Below the pieces are notes generated by a model that was not told where the DNA came from, did no database searches, and was given only the letters and a program-made list of their open reading frames with translations. This document shows, piece by piece, positions 26,100 to 38,810 of a stretch of 64,000 nt of DNA. The position numbers and the translations under genes are program-made. The stretch's first letter is position 1; every line of letters begins with the position of its first letter. The DNA lies in assembly GCF_963921235.1 (NCBI RefSeq), contig NC_086118.1, positions 17,734,001-17,798,000 of the forward strand. Direction: 5' to 3'. This DNA comes from Mobula hypostoma (taxonomy: Eukaryota).

Positions 26100-27520
26100 T
26101 AGTAACACTGTGAGGATGATGCTTTTTGATTTCCCAAGTGCCTTTAATACCATACAGCCCTCATTGCCCGGGGGGAAAGCTCCATTCAATGCAGATTTGC
26201 ACTTCCATTGTATCCTGGATAATGGCTAACTGACTGGCAGACCACAGTATGTGCAGCTTCAGAGCTGTGTGTCAGACCTGGTTATAAGCAGTACTGGGCC
26301 CCACAGGGGACTGTATTGGCTCCCTTCCTGCTTGCCATGTATACCTCAGACTTTAAATACAACACTGAGTCTTGTCATCTGCAGAAGTTCTCAGATAACT
26401 CAGCAATAGTTGGGTGTATAAAGGGAGGATGAGAGGATAAATACTGGGCCCTGGTGGAGGACTTTGTTAAAAGGTGCAAGCTGAATCATCTGCAGCTCGA
26501 CATCAGTAAGACAAAGGGGACGGTGTTGGTCTTTCGGAAGACTAAGCCTGTACTGCTCCCTATTACTATTGATGGTGAGGATCTGCAAGTACCTGGGGGT
26601 GCACCTGGATGGCAGACTTGGGTGGAGCACCAACACAGAGGCTGTGCACAAGAAGGGCCAGGTTTACCTCTACTTCCTGAGGAAACTAAGGTCCTTTGGA
26701 GTATGCGGGCCTCTCCTACACATGTTCTACCCATCTGTTGCCAGTGCAATCTTCTATGCGGTTGTCTGCAGGGGCAATGACATTCACACGGATGATGCCA
26801 ACAGGTGCAATAAACTGATTAGAAAGGCTGGCTCTGTTATAGTCATAGTCATACTTTATTGATCCCGGGGGAAATTAGTTTTCGTTACAGTTGCACCATA
26901 AATAAATAGTAATAGAACCATAAATAGTTAAATAGTAATATGTAAATTATGCCTGTAAAATATGAAATAAGTCCAGGACCAGCCTATTGGCTAAGGGTGT
27001 CTGACCCTCCAAGGGAGGAGTTGTAAAGTTTGATGGCCACAGGCAGGAATGACTTCCTATGACGCTCTGTGCTGCATCTCGGTGGAATAATTCTCTGGCT
27101 GAATGTACTCCTGTGCCCACCCAGTACATGAAGTAGTGGATGGGAGACATTGACCAAGATGGCATGCAACTTTATAGGAGTCAAACTGGATACACTGGAG
27201 GCTGTGGTAGAATAAAGGACCCTATGGAAAATCCTGGCAATTCTGGACAATGTTTCTTACACTCTGCATGCTACCTGGGCTGAACAGAGCGGCATTTTTA
27301 GTAATAGATTAAGACAACTCTGCTGCTCCAGCAAGCACTGTATGAGGTCATTCTCACTCTCAGCCAATGAGTCGATGGGGAAGTGTTGACCTCCTCCTGT
27401 TAGACTGTTTGAGGTAACTTTTTTTTATTCTTTCTACTTCTCTTCTAATATTTATATCTTTGCCCTTGTAATGCACTGTGAGACTGTAATTTCATTTGGG
27501 ATCAATAAATATCTATCACT
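26100..27520 (+). mobile_element. Rex1/Babar-like LINE fragment carrying a nested younger copy
   Basis: VRMMLFDFPSAFNTIQP, GAPQGTVLAP-like, KYLGVHLD; interrupted at 26843-27171. Confidence 0.75.
26843..27171 (-). mobile_element. Young Rex1/Babar-like LINE 3' fragment
   Basis: (atagtc)n tail on the + strand; TSD TTATAG at 26837-26842 and 27172-27177. Confidence 0.85.
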
Positions 27521-27847
27521 TAAGGAAGAATATATTTGTAAATGTAGTTGAAAGAAATTCACTACATTGATTGTAAGTGAGAGGAATTCATGTTATGAAG
27601 AAAGATTAAACTGTGCCAAAGTTTCTGAAAATATTTGCTTCCAAACTAATGTAGCTTTAAGGCAACTCTCATTACTCATTACACAATTTTTAGTTTGGTC
27701 CAACAGCAATTTTAACTCATATTAGCCATAGTTATGCCCTTGAGATTGAACACAATCTGATTGCATAGTGTTGATAATGAAAAAAGATTGGTTCTGCTGT
27801 CTTTGGCTTATGCTTTATGTTTTTTTTATTTCATTGGTTTATTTTAG

Positions 27848-28004
27848 ATGTTACATCACGTTGACTCAGTCATTGCATCTAACAATGAGTGGAGCTCCTG
27901 CTGGACCTGCTGGCACAGGAAAGACTGAAACCACTAAAGATTTAGGCCGAGCCCTAGGGATTATGGTCTATGTATTCAACTGCTCTGAGCAGATGGATTA
28001 TAAG
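27848..28004 (+). CDS. DNAH9: DNAH9-like coding exon, AAA1 Walker A (GPAGTGKT)
   Basis: ttttag|ATGTTAC...TATAAG|gtatag; 157 nt, completes the split Arg codon; [52 protein letters not shown]. Confidence 0.93.
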
Positions 28005-29754
28005 GTATAGCCTCTTCAATAAAGATCCACACTTCCTTCATCATTATTAATCTCATCTATTTTTATTGGTATTTTCTTTCCAGCATGCTATTATTATTGC
28101 ATCTATTTTATTAAATTGCTGCGCGTTAACTTTAGACACCGAGACTGAATTAATCAATTTAAGAAATAAAGCTTTGTCATTGTTAAGATGATATTGGCAC
28201 CTCTTCTGAATCACATGAACTGGCATCTGCTTCTCTCGGCTTGAAAACGTGGTTTATATTGCACTTAGGCCTTGTGGAAAATTTAAAAATCTGTTCCTAT
28301 CAGAATAAATACCAAATCTTGTGTTATGTTAAGCAATTATTGTAACCATTGAGATATAAATCGCATCAATATGATACAGTATGCTTGTAACCTTTATATC
28401 ATATTCAAATGTTGAACTAACAATTTGGTTTATAAATCCGCTGGCACTTACATCCACAGTGATGAAGTGCTTTGAGAAGTTGGTATTGAAACGTATCACT
28501 TCCTGCCTGAGAAGCAACTAGGATCTGTCCAGTTTGCCTACTGATGAACAGGTGCCTGGAACAGATGGACATCAGGATGCTCTTTATTGACTACATCTCG
28601 CCATTGAATCCTATCATCGTCTCTAAACCTGATCAATACATTTGAAGACCTTGGCCTCAACATCTCCTTATGCAATCGGATCTTCGATTTCCTCACTTGC
28701 AGATCCCAGTCAGTTTGAATTGGCAACAACATCTTTTCCACAATCTCCATCAGCACAGGCACACCACAATGCTCTGTGCTTTAGCCACCTGCTCCACTTG
28801 TTTCACTGTGAGGCTAGACAGAGCTCCAATGCCATATTCGAGTTTGCTGACGACACTGCTGTTATAGGCCGAATCAAAGGTGGTGACAAATCAGATGTAG
28901 GAGGGAAATTGAAAATCTAGCTGTTGTGCCACAACAACAGCATCTTAAAGTTAGCAAGACCCAAGGAGCTGAACTGTCTACCGACTTCAGGAGGAGAAAA
29001 CCAGAGATCCATGAGCCAGTCCTCATCAGAGGATCAGCAACTTTAAATTCCTTGGCGTTATCATTTTGGTGGACCAGTCCTGGGCCCAGCACATAAGTAC
29101 AATTATGATGAAAGTACGGCAGCACCTCTACTGCTTTAGGAGTTTGCAAAGAATCGGTGTGGCATCCAAAACTGTGACAAACTTCTATCGATGTTCAGTG
29201 GAGAGTATCTTGAATGGCTATATCACAGGCTGGTACGGAATACCAATACCCTTGAATGGAAAGTCCTACAAAAAGTAGTGGATATGGCCCAGTCCATCAC
29301 TCCCCACCATTGAGCACATCTGCACGATATGTTGTCACAAGAAAGCAGGGACCCCGTAACTCAGGACATGCTCTCTTCTCACTGCTGCCATCAGGAAGAA
29401 GGTACAGAAGCCTCATGACTCACCCCATCAGGTTCACTAACAGTTATTATCCCTCAACCATCAGGCTCTTTCACCCAAAGGGGATAACTTCACTCAACTT
29501 CACTTAACCCCATCATTAAGATGTTCCCACAACCTATGGGCTCAAATTCATGGACTCTTTATCTCATGTTCTCGATATTAATTGCTTATTAATTTATTAC
29601 TATTATTTATTTCTTTTTGCATTTGTGCAGTTTGTTGCCACTGTTTTAAGGCCTAGTTGCTGTGGTCCTTCATTGATTTTATTACAGTTGTCATTCAATT
29701 ATGGAACAGAATGTTGAGTATGCCCACATAAAAACAAATCTCCGGGTGGTACAA

Positions 29755-32493
29755 GCTGATGTATTGATGTAGTAGTCCTTCGGATTCGAAGAAGACACGG
29801 TGTTGTGCAGTTCATCTGTGGACGTGAAGGGGGCTCTGCAGTGTCAGTCTGGAAGCGCAGAGTCTAACACAATGGGGACACTAGAAGTCCGTTGTTGTAA
29901 TAATTGTGGCTGCTGTTCTGTGACACCGCTCACGGTTTTCCATCAGTTTTTAGCAGCGCCTGTCTTCAAAACTGGTGTAGGCTTCGTAGCACAGGGCTCA
30001 CCAGTGGGTTCTGTCAGCAGCCGCAGCTTCTAGTTCCCTTGACTGGATGTCACAGTAGCGTAGGGTTTCCTTCACAGCGTCTTTGTAGTGCTTGCGTGGA
30101 CAACCTTGAGGTCTCTTTCCGGTCTCCAGTTCACCATAGAGCGGTGGTCGTCCATTCTGATGATGTGTCCCACTCACTGCATCTGGGCTCTGATGATCAG
30201 GGACTCAATGCTGGTGGACTCCGCGTGATCTAAGACCTCCAGGTTGGAGACACAGTCTTGCCAACGAATGCCAAGGATGGAGCGGAGGGCGCGCATGTGA
30301 AATTTCTCCAGTTGTTTGATGTGTCGTCGGTACAGAGTCCACGTCTCACATCCATATAGGAGAGAAGGGATGACCACAGCTCTGTGGACTTACAGCTTTG
30401 TAGAGATGCAGACGTCGTGTTGATTGAGCACTCTGGTACACAGCCTCCCCAGAGCCTGGCTGGCCTTGCTGATCCTGGAGTCAATTTCTTTGTCCAAAGA
30501 CCCATCACTCGAGATGATGCTTCCCAAGTATTTGTAGCTGTTTACATTTGTCAGCTGGGTGTCGTCAACAGTGATATTTGGTTCTGTGGGGTTGGTGTTT
30601 GGAACGGGCTGGTGAAGTACTTTGGTCTTGTTCAGGCTGATAGTCAGGCCAAAGGATGTAGCAGTGTCTGAGAATTTGTTTAGCATCAACTGCAGATCAC
30701 TGTCTTTGTGCGCCAGGAGTGCACAGTCATCAGCAAAGAGGGTTTCTTGAATGACTGTATGGAGGCACTTCGTCCGTGCATTCAAGCGGCAAAGGTTAAA
30801 GAGAGAGCCGTCCAATCGGTACCTGATGTACACTCCCTCCCTCAGACCTTGGACAGCACGTGACAACATGCAAGTGAAGAACAGGACTGGGGCTAGTACA
30901 CAGCCCTGCTTCACCCCATTGGGAATGGCAAATGCAGCTGACGTATCACCACTGCAAAGGACCTGTCCCATCATTCTGTTGTGCAGCAGCTGAATCATCT
31001 TCACGAATTTCCTCGGGCATCTGTAACGTCTCAGGATGATCCAGTGAGCCTCCCTGTTTACAGTGTCAAATGCCTGTGTCAGGTCAATGAAGACAGAGTA
31101 AAGAGGCTTGCTCTGCTCGATGCACTTCTCCTGGACTTGCCTCACTGCAAATATCATGTCTACTGTACTCTGTTCTGGCCAAAAGCCACACTGCACCTCT
31201 GGGAGGTTCCTTTCCGAGGCAGTGACAAGTCTGTTCAGGAGAATACGAGCAAAAATCTTGCCTGCGATGGACAGCAGTGAGATACCCCTGTAGTTTCCGC
31301 AGTCTGATTTGCTTTCCTTGTTTTTGTATAAAGCCATGATAGGGCATCGTGGAAGTCGTCAGGCGGCATCTTTGTGATCCAGATGTCTTCCAGGATGTCT
31401 TGGAGCGCCTGTAAGGTGTTTGGGCCTAATGCTTTATAGATCTCGGCAGGAATACCATCATGCCCTGTTGCTTTATTTGAGTTCATCTACAAGATTGCTT
31501 TCTTGATCTCATCAGTAGAGGGCGGCAGGTCTAGGTCATCCAGGACTGGCTGCTGAGGGGTAAGACATCAGGATCAACTGTGGACGGCCTATTGTGTAGG
31601 TTGGAAAATTGTTCAGCCCAGCGGTTTTTCAGTCCTTCCTGAATTTGTTTCTCTTGTTGCATGTTGACCGCTAAGGAAATGATCCGCCAGCTGCGGTTAG
31701 CTAGCCAGATGTTGTTGTGGGGCAGGCAATGTTTAGGGTACCTTTTCTACCCCCCTCCCTCATGTGAGGGTAGGCAGTGCTGTGCTAAAAGGGCTGCCAG
31801 TCGCCTTGGATGCTGCCGGACATCTCTGCTGCCCCAGGTACAGAGACGAACGACCACTGGTCCAAAGGCCGCCTACGTGCAGGTTTGTGACTACAACTGC
31901 CCGGGTCATCTCCGCCTGTTGCTTCGCCACTGCCCCATTGCCGCAGGGCTTGACGAGTTGGGTTTGGACTGAGATGAATTGCACAACAGAAACCTGTGTG
32001 TGATGCTGTTGTAAGTGGAACAGCCATTATACAGGGGCAATCCCACTCTCCTGGCAGAAGAGACTTTGATCCAGTGGCACGGACTACCGTTACGGCTGGA
32101 GACCTCTCCTGCTGTAGTGGTTGACCAGGACGTCTAAGTGACTTGTCGTGCTCTTAGCGCTCCACAACTCCTGCTGGGCCTGCCTTCTTGACTGTTGGAC
32201 CATTAATTGGTCTCCTCCGCTCAATCTGCCAGGGCCAGACTTCACATGCCGGGATAGGCAGATCCCCTACCTCACCGAGGGTCGAAGACCTGTTGGCTAC
32301 CCTCACCTAGTTTGGCCTGTCTGCCGAGACAGTTTCCCGGGGTGTGGCCACTGTGTGTGTTACAGCTACTTGGAGCCACAGGTGAGAGCTGAGCGCCAGG
32401 TGGCGACCAAAGGTGGGCGAACTGCCCTGAAAAGGGCACAGCAGGCCTCCCCCACCAGAGGTGCTACCCCTCCCTAGACACTCCGTACACCCC
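29755..32493 (-). mobile_element. RTE-clade retrotransposon with 5' UTR and RT but no endonuclease domain
   Basis: RT: NYRGISLLSIAGKIFARILLNRL, FIDLTQAFDTVNR, GVKQGCVLAP, LFADD, LLYGCETW; 3' stem-loop cttcg-aatc-cgaag and short-repeat tail; ~830 nt 5' UTR joined directly to the pre-RT linker near 31640. Confidence 0.88.
32302..32493 (-). ncRNA. HDV-like self-cleaving ribozyme (predicted) at the RTE 5' end
   Basis: P1 GGGGUGU/ACACCCC, P2 CUCACCUG/UAGGUGAG, P3 GGC/GCC, L3 UCCAAGUA plus an extra helix, P1.1 CC/GG, P4 CUGUCU-CGGC-AGACAG, J4/2 GCCAA; all in canonical order. Confidence 0.8.
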
Positions 32494-33399
32494 TAGGTGA
32501 CATATATGTACTTTGATAATAAATTTACTTTGAGTTTTTGAACTTTGAAGTTACCTGGATAGTTTCCAAGCGCCTGTGATGGTAAGATCTGTGCAGGTTT
32601 ATGATACTCAGGTGCAGCAGGATTATGAAAAAAACATTTTGGAAGCCACATTAATGAGGGTTAAAGTATACATCAGATTGGCAAGTCCACATTATCAAGC
32701 AGAAGAGGATGCTTGATAAAACACAATTTTGCAGCACTAATAGTCATTACAAATTAATTTAATATAATTGTTCAAATCACCCAGTGTACTGAAAAATAAA
32801 TCATTGTATGTTTGAAGCTCACCTTTTTGATTGTTTCATCTCATGTTCTTTTGATTTCTTTAAATATACATTTCTCTTTTTTATAATGTCAGCAATCTTT
32901 CTGAGTAACACACCAAATAAGGCCACGAACACCCCAACTACTCACCCTTTTGGTACTTGAACCATCCTCTGAAACCTCTATTCATTTTCACTTCTCTCCT
33001 GCTCTCTCTGGAGAAATTGTGACAGGTAGTTATTGTAACCTTCCCATGGAGGAATAACTGTAAGCGAGGAATCAGCGAATTGGTGAGTTTGCAGTGATAT
33101 TATGTACTGGAGCTGAACTTAACACAGTGCTACTGAGTCAGTAACAATCAATTTAAAAGGTGGCCCTCCATAAAAGATTGACTGTGAGCCTGCCAGTGCT
33201 ATACATAAACCTTGAGCTCAATTTCAGTATGGCATTTGAACAATTGTGTCTTGTGCTCTTTCAAGATGATCTCTTCACTGTATGACAATAAGGCACTTAA
33301 TTCTCAGCATTACCCTAATCGTGATAAGATGTGTGTCACTATCTTCCACCTCCCTTCAAAGCATAAATAAAATGTATATTTTAAACACCTCTGGAGATT

Positions 33400-33862
33400 A
33401 CTCAGTCGACGTTTCAGGCCGAGACCCTTCGTCAGGACTAACTGAAGGAAGAGTGAGTAAGGGATTTGAAAGCTGGAGGGGGAGGGGGAGATGCAAAATG
33501 ATAGAAGAAGACAGGAGGGGGAGGGATAGAGCCGAGAGCTGGACAGGTGATTGGCAAAAGGGGATACGAGAGGATCATGGGACAGGTGGTCCGGGAAGAA
33601 AGACGGGGGGGGGGTGACCCAGAGGATGGGCAAGAGGTATATTCAGAGGGACAGAGGGAGAAAAAGGAGAGTGAGAGAAAGAATGTGTGCATAAAAATGA
33701 GTAACAGATGGGGTACGAGGGGGAGGTGGGGCCTTAGCGGAAGTTAGAGAAGTCAATGTTCATGCCATCAGGTTGGAGGCTACCCAGACGGAATATAAGG
33801 TGTTGTTCCTCCAACCTGAGTGTGGCCTCATCTTTACAGTAGAGGAGGCCGTGGATAGACAT
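33400..33862 (-). mobile_element. Penelope-like element 3' fragment (endonuclease C-terminus and 3' region)
   Basis: Minus-strand MSIHGLLYCKDEATLRLEEQHLIFRLGSLQPDGMNIDFSNFR*, pyrimidine-rich UTR, hammerhead motif. Confidence 0.8.
33404..33439 (-). ncRNA. Minimal type I hammerhead ribozyme motif
   Basis: AGUC CUGACGA AGG-gucucgg-CCU GAAAC GUC GACU: intact core, stem I AGUC/GACU, stem II AGG/CCU, palindromic minimal stem III. Confidence 0.75.
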
Positions 33863-34214
33863 GGAAATTGGTGGACTTGTCGATAGCGTGTTAGGTTATC
33901 GAAGGATACAATGGAGAGTGATCAATTAGAAATTTGGGTGCAGGGCAGGTGGTAGAAGCCAATATGTTAGCAATGTTTAAGCGATATTTCAAAAGGCACA
34001 TGAACAGGCAGGAAATAATGGGATGTGAATCATGTGCAGACAGATAGTGTTAGTTCAGACTGAGATCGTGGTCATTGCAGACTTGCTGGGTTGACGAGCC
34101 TGTTCCATGTTCTAAAACCATGTTGGAATGCTTCAGGCTTTTGTTTTAGAAGTATGTCCATAAAAACATAATTCTGCACAGGGTGAACGTTTCCCCAGGA
34201 GGTACACAAGATCA

Positions 34215-34515
34215 TCAGACATAGGAGTAGAATTAAGCCATTTGGCCCATCGTGTCTGCTCTGCCATTTGATAATGGTTGATTATTTTCTCTCTCAACTC
34301 CATTCTCCTGCCTTCTCCTTGTAACTTTTGTTGCCCTTACTAATAAAGAACCTATCAATCTCTGCTTTAAATATTAAATATAATGATTTGGCCTCCATAA
34401 CAGTCTGTGGTAATGGATTTCACTAATTCACCACCATCTGGTGAAAGAAATTCCTCTTCATCTCTGTTCTAAGGCATCCTTCTATTCTGATGCTTTCGCC
34501 TCTGGTCCTAGACTA
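34215..34515 (-). mobile_element. CR1 LINE 3' end
   Basis: Similar to the 3' end at 12188-12500 (gacataggagtagaattaagccatttggcccatc...). Confidence 0.65.
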
Positions 34516-34984
34516 CAGTCAATTGCTAGACAGGTAATGATTTGTTTCTGTTGAGTAAAGATCAGATGAATCATTGCAGAATTAAAGATCTGACTTCCTT
34601 GCAGATTAAGAAGGTTCTTTTGTCTTGCTGCATCAGTGCAAGATAACTAAATGTCTCACATTCCATATTTACGATATATTTTGACAACTTTATAGCCAAT
34701 TCCATTATATCTATTGATATAGTCTTTCAGTTGCGCCATGCATCGCACATTGAACAGACTGGTGTGAATAATGAACAAACCACAATTAAGGAAGCACTGT
34801 CTTCATAATGCAATGAGTCATGCAGTTTGACAGAATTTAAAAAATAAACTGTTTTAGAGACACATGGTTTATCATATTTATGTATTTGTTATTGTAACAA
34901 ATGTTTAACTGTTTAGTTAATTTCTCTGGTAAATTGTCAAGCAGAAATTTTGTCTTGAACATATTAAATGTTTGTATGATTTTT

Positions 34985-35219
34985 ATTTTTTATTTCAGAG
35001 GTACCACATGGTAACAATCCCTTTGGCTCAGTGAGCACATATGACAATTAACCTACTAACCTGTAAATCTTCGGAATATGGGAGGAAACCAGAGCACTCA
35101 GAGGCAGTCCATGCAGTCACAGGGAGAACATTCAAATTCCTTATAGACGGCAGCAGAATTAAGCCCTGCTTGCTGGCACTGTAATAGCGTTATGCTAATT
35201 GCTACGCTACTGTGCGGCC
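34985..35219 (-). mobile_element. V-SINE (HE1-like)
   Basis: Antisense V-domain gggaggaaaccagagcactcagagg...gggagaacattcaaattcc and tRNA-like head. Confidence 0.7.
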
Positions 35220-36074
35220 TAATGTGGTCACAAATCTTTTCAAGGCTTGGTTTTTCATGCTGGATACAATTTAGCAGCATGGTTGTTGCATCTTGTTGAT
35301 ATTAAGGCAGTGGAGCAAATGTATGATCTTGATTTCAGACGTTAAAAGTAGTTGCATTAAAAGCTTTTGTTGTTTTAAATATTAGTGTTCCCCAATAAGT
35401 AATTTTCAGGAAGAACCAACATACTAATCACCATAGTTCCTATTATGAAAGTGTGCAACAGTCTATCAGTGGAGCTTGTAACCTTGGTAATCAGTGATAT
35501 CATTGCCGGATGTATTTTTAGACCAGGATCTTTTACAACCATTTGAGAGCCGTTTAATGTCTTCTCTAAAACATGGAACATTCCCTTGCAGAGAGCTCCC
35601 TTCATACCTCACTATTGCGTCAATACAGCATTTGAGTCTATGGTGCTCTGTGGTGTGATTATTGGTGGAAGAAGCCCACTGCTGGCTTAGGTTGGAATTC
35701 TCCTCTTCTAACAGAGAAACTTGTTCCCAGACTGCCAGGAATCCACCATATGTGTTTAAATTGGATCCAGTGAATATTCTTCCAAAGCTCAGATTGATAT
35801 ATCCAAGACACAACCAGACGAAATGTTGAAACTAAGAGATTAAGTAAGAAAGCTGTGTAGATGTAGTGAACTACATCCTTGTAGTTTGTCAAAGCAATAA
35901 GTGTTGAGTTCATTTGTTTATGTAGTATTTGTTTATTTGTTCAGAAATTCAGATTGACTAGGATACCAGTAAACTTACTGCAGGGCTTCAACTGATGCCA
36001 GGAAATCTTTTGTCTATTTGTACAGGCAGAAATGATTGTAACAATATTAATTCTTATTTTTGTTTGTGTTGCAG

Positions 36075-36179
36075 TCATGTGGCAATATCTACAAGGGTCT
36101 AGCACAGACAGGAGCCTGGGGTTGTTTTGATGAGTTCAACAGGATTTCTGTTGAGGTTTTATCTGTTGTTGCTGTGCAG
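36075..36179 (+). CDS. DNAH9: DNAH9-like coding exon, AAA1 Walker B (CFDEFNR); absent from the ORF track
   Basis: ttgcag|TCATGT...GTGCAG|gtaagt; 105 nt; [35 protein letters not shown] continues the previous exon in frame. Confidence 0.93.
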
Positions 36180-38019
36180 GTAAGTTGAGATTTTTTATTT
36201 TGTTTTGTAAACATTTATTGATGTATCACAGCAGTTGACTATTCAGCTTATCAAGCCCATTCCATCTTCTTAAAGAGCTTTGCTGTTAGTAGCTCACTCT
36301 TAATCTTTTGCTTTAGGCCGATAATTTTTACCCTTTTAAGTATTTATGCAATTTTTCACTGAATGTTGCTGTTGATTCCGGTATGTATCACTAAACACTC
36401 CTTTATTGTCTCTGACCCAAGGAATATAGAGTTGTCAAGGACACGGGAAAATTGATTGTTCAGGTCCTACCAGTATGGTGGAACCTGTGTTCAAACGATA
36501 CTGTGACTAAAGTGATTTAAGTGACAGTGCTTTGATGCCGTGCTGTGAGCTAAGAACAAAATAACACTGAAGGCACAAGGAACTACAGATGCTGGAATCA
36601 GGAGGGAAATCTGTTCAGGCAAAGTATCTTGAACCAAAACACTGACTGTTCATCTCCTTCTGTAGAGGCTGCATGACCTGTCGAACTCCTCCAGCAGTTT
36701 GTTGATTTTTTTGAACAAATTAATATTAGTTTATATTACAAGAAATAGCCATATTATCAAATGCATCCAATATGTAACAAAATTCATTCCACACTTCTAG
36801 TTTCAAATACTATAATCCATCATCAGTATATTTATAACAGCTACCATGTTGCAAAGCATTAGTTTCTTCTCAGCTTTCTGCTCAGTCATGAGCGAACTAG
36901 AAAGTAAACAACTTAAGGATTCCTTTGCATGACTCATCTTAATCTGACATAGGGAAAGTTATTTTCATTTTAAGTTGTTTTAGCACATGCTGAGAAATTC
37001 TCTCTTCTCACTTCTTGACAGATTTCTCCTTAGCTTGTGCATGTTTCTCCTGGCATAAAATCCCCAAATGGCATCAATGATAGTGGAATACTCAAAGTTC
37101 ATTGTCAACATTGTGACAAAATATTCTTTGTTATTTATTCAGAGTTTTCTAAAATCTTTTCCCCCAGACGCTGTGCTTTTTGCAAAGGGCAAGCTCTCAA
37201 ACTGTATTCTTTATTCTTGCGGAGATCTCCTGGAACCTTAAGTATAAACTCATCCACGTGTGGCTGAACTCAGGATCATGATCTCACTCAGCTGTTGAGA
37301 CTCAGGATTATTCTAATTTCTGACTCAAGGAGAAAATATCATCGACTTTCCATTTGGCCTACAAGGCAGACAGAACAGGCACAGGGATTTATCTGCATTG
37401 CAGCATTTCTCGAAGTGCAAGCATTCAAAATCTGCACTTGTAATGTTGCTATCATTCCCTGGCAAGCTCATATTGAGAATACTTGTACGTACCATTGAGG
37501 GTCGCTTGGGTATCTCTACAAAATGAGCATGAATCCTCATGACACTATTTTGCTTGCCTGTCTGGATAACTCAGTCCCTCTGAAATCATTTCACCCTTCA
37601 CTGCAGCCGCCTTTTTGTAATTAGCGGCATTCCCCTGAGGCTGAGGATTAAGGGAAATCAACCTCCAAAGGAAAGTGTATGAACATTGTATACTCTCTCT
37701 AATGTAGTTCAGGATCATCTTATAAATTTGCTTTTATTGGAGATGCCTGGACATTTGGTACAACGTAGCTTGGACCGGAATTGCTGTGTGTATTGTGACG
37801 GGTTCCTCTCAGACTGGCTGCAGATGTGAAGTCAAAGATCAGCAGCGGTGAGATCTCGCAATACATCGGTAGGACACACAGTGCTGAATCTGCCATATTT
37901 ATGTAGTAGAGCAATCTGCAGGTTGCAACCATTAATTCTCAGTCTTAACCTATGGAACGATTCAAGGGGGAGTATATGGGCAAATTATCCCCTACTGTAT
38001 CTAATGAGGTAAGGAGTTA

Positions 38020-38810
38020 TCGAGTCAGATCGTGATACAGCATGGATGCAAGGCCTTCTGCCCAACCAGTCCATGCTGACCTTGATGCCCACTCTCTAGT
38101 CCTGATATCCTGTGTTTGGCTCACCCCTTCATGAACCTATCCAAGCACAACTAAAGTGTTACTATTGTACCTGCCTCAACTACTTCCTCTGGCAGCTCAT
38201 TCCATATACCTGCTTATCCGGATAGCTCAGTCTCTCTGGTATTTATTTATTTATTACAGTGTGGAATAGGCCCTTCCAGCCCTTCAAGCCACTCTGCCCG
38301 GCAATTCCCCAATTTAATCCTCACTTAATCATGTAGCAATTTACAGTCATCGATTAACTGATCAACTATCATGTCTTTGGATCGTTGTAGGAAACCAGAA
38401 CACCTGGAATAAGCCCACGTGGTCACGGGGAGAACATACACACTCCTTACTGGCCGTGGCAGGAGTTGAACCTGGGTGGCCTGAACTCTACAGCGTTGTG
38501 GTACCCACTATGCTACACTACCCATCCTCATGCAATGTAATAGTGGGCCTCAGATCTCTTGTAAATCTTTTCCCCTCTCACACTAAATCTATGCCCCATA
38601 ATTTTGGAGTATTCTATTACCATCCACTTTATCTATGCCTCTCATAATTTTAAGCGTATCAATAAAGTCACCCCTCATTATCCTATGTTCCAAAAAATAA
38701 AGACCTGGGCTGGTCTGTCTGGCCAAGTTCTCCCTAGAACTCAGGCCCTCTCATCCAAGTGACATGCTTGTAAATCTTTTTTTGCACTCTTTCCAGTTTT
38801 TAGGTTTAAG
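38020..38810 (-). mobile_element. CR1 3' remnant with nested V-SINE (approx. 38238-38527)
   Basis: acttcctctggcagctcattccata CR1 motif; ggaaaccagaacacctggaa...ggggagaacatacacactcc V-domain. Confidence 0.6.

Larger units (their letters stand above)
28455..32550 (+). mobile_element. Decayed Rex1/Babar-like LINE whose 3' UTR hosts the RTE element
   Basis: FADDTAVIG, LLPSGRRYRSL; the 3' UTR resumes at 32496 (ggtgacatatatgtactttgataataaa), matching the antisense copy near 52705-52755. Confidence 0.7.

Noticed and set aside
605..36179. Dynein exons as a pseudogene, or as DNAH17/DNAH11
   Set aside because: All exons are open, in phase and have canonical splice sites. Diagnostic residues fit DNAH9 best, though a phylogeny would be needed to be certain.
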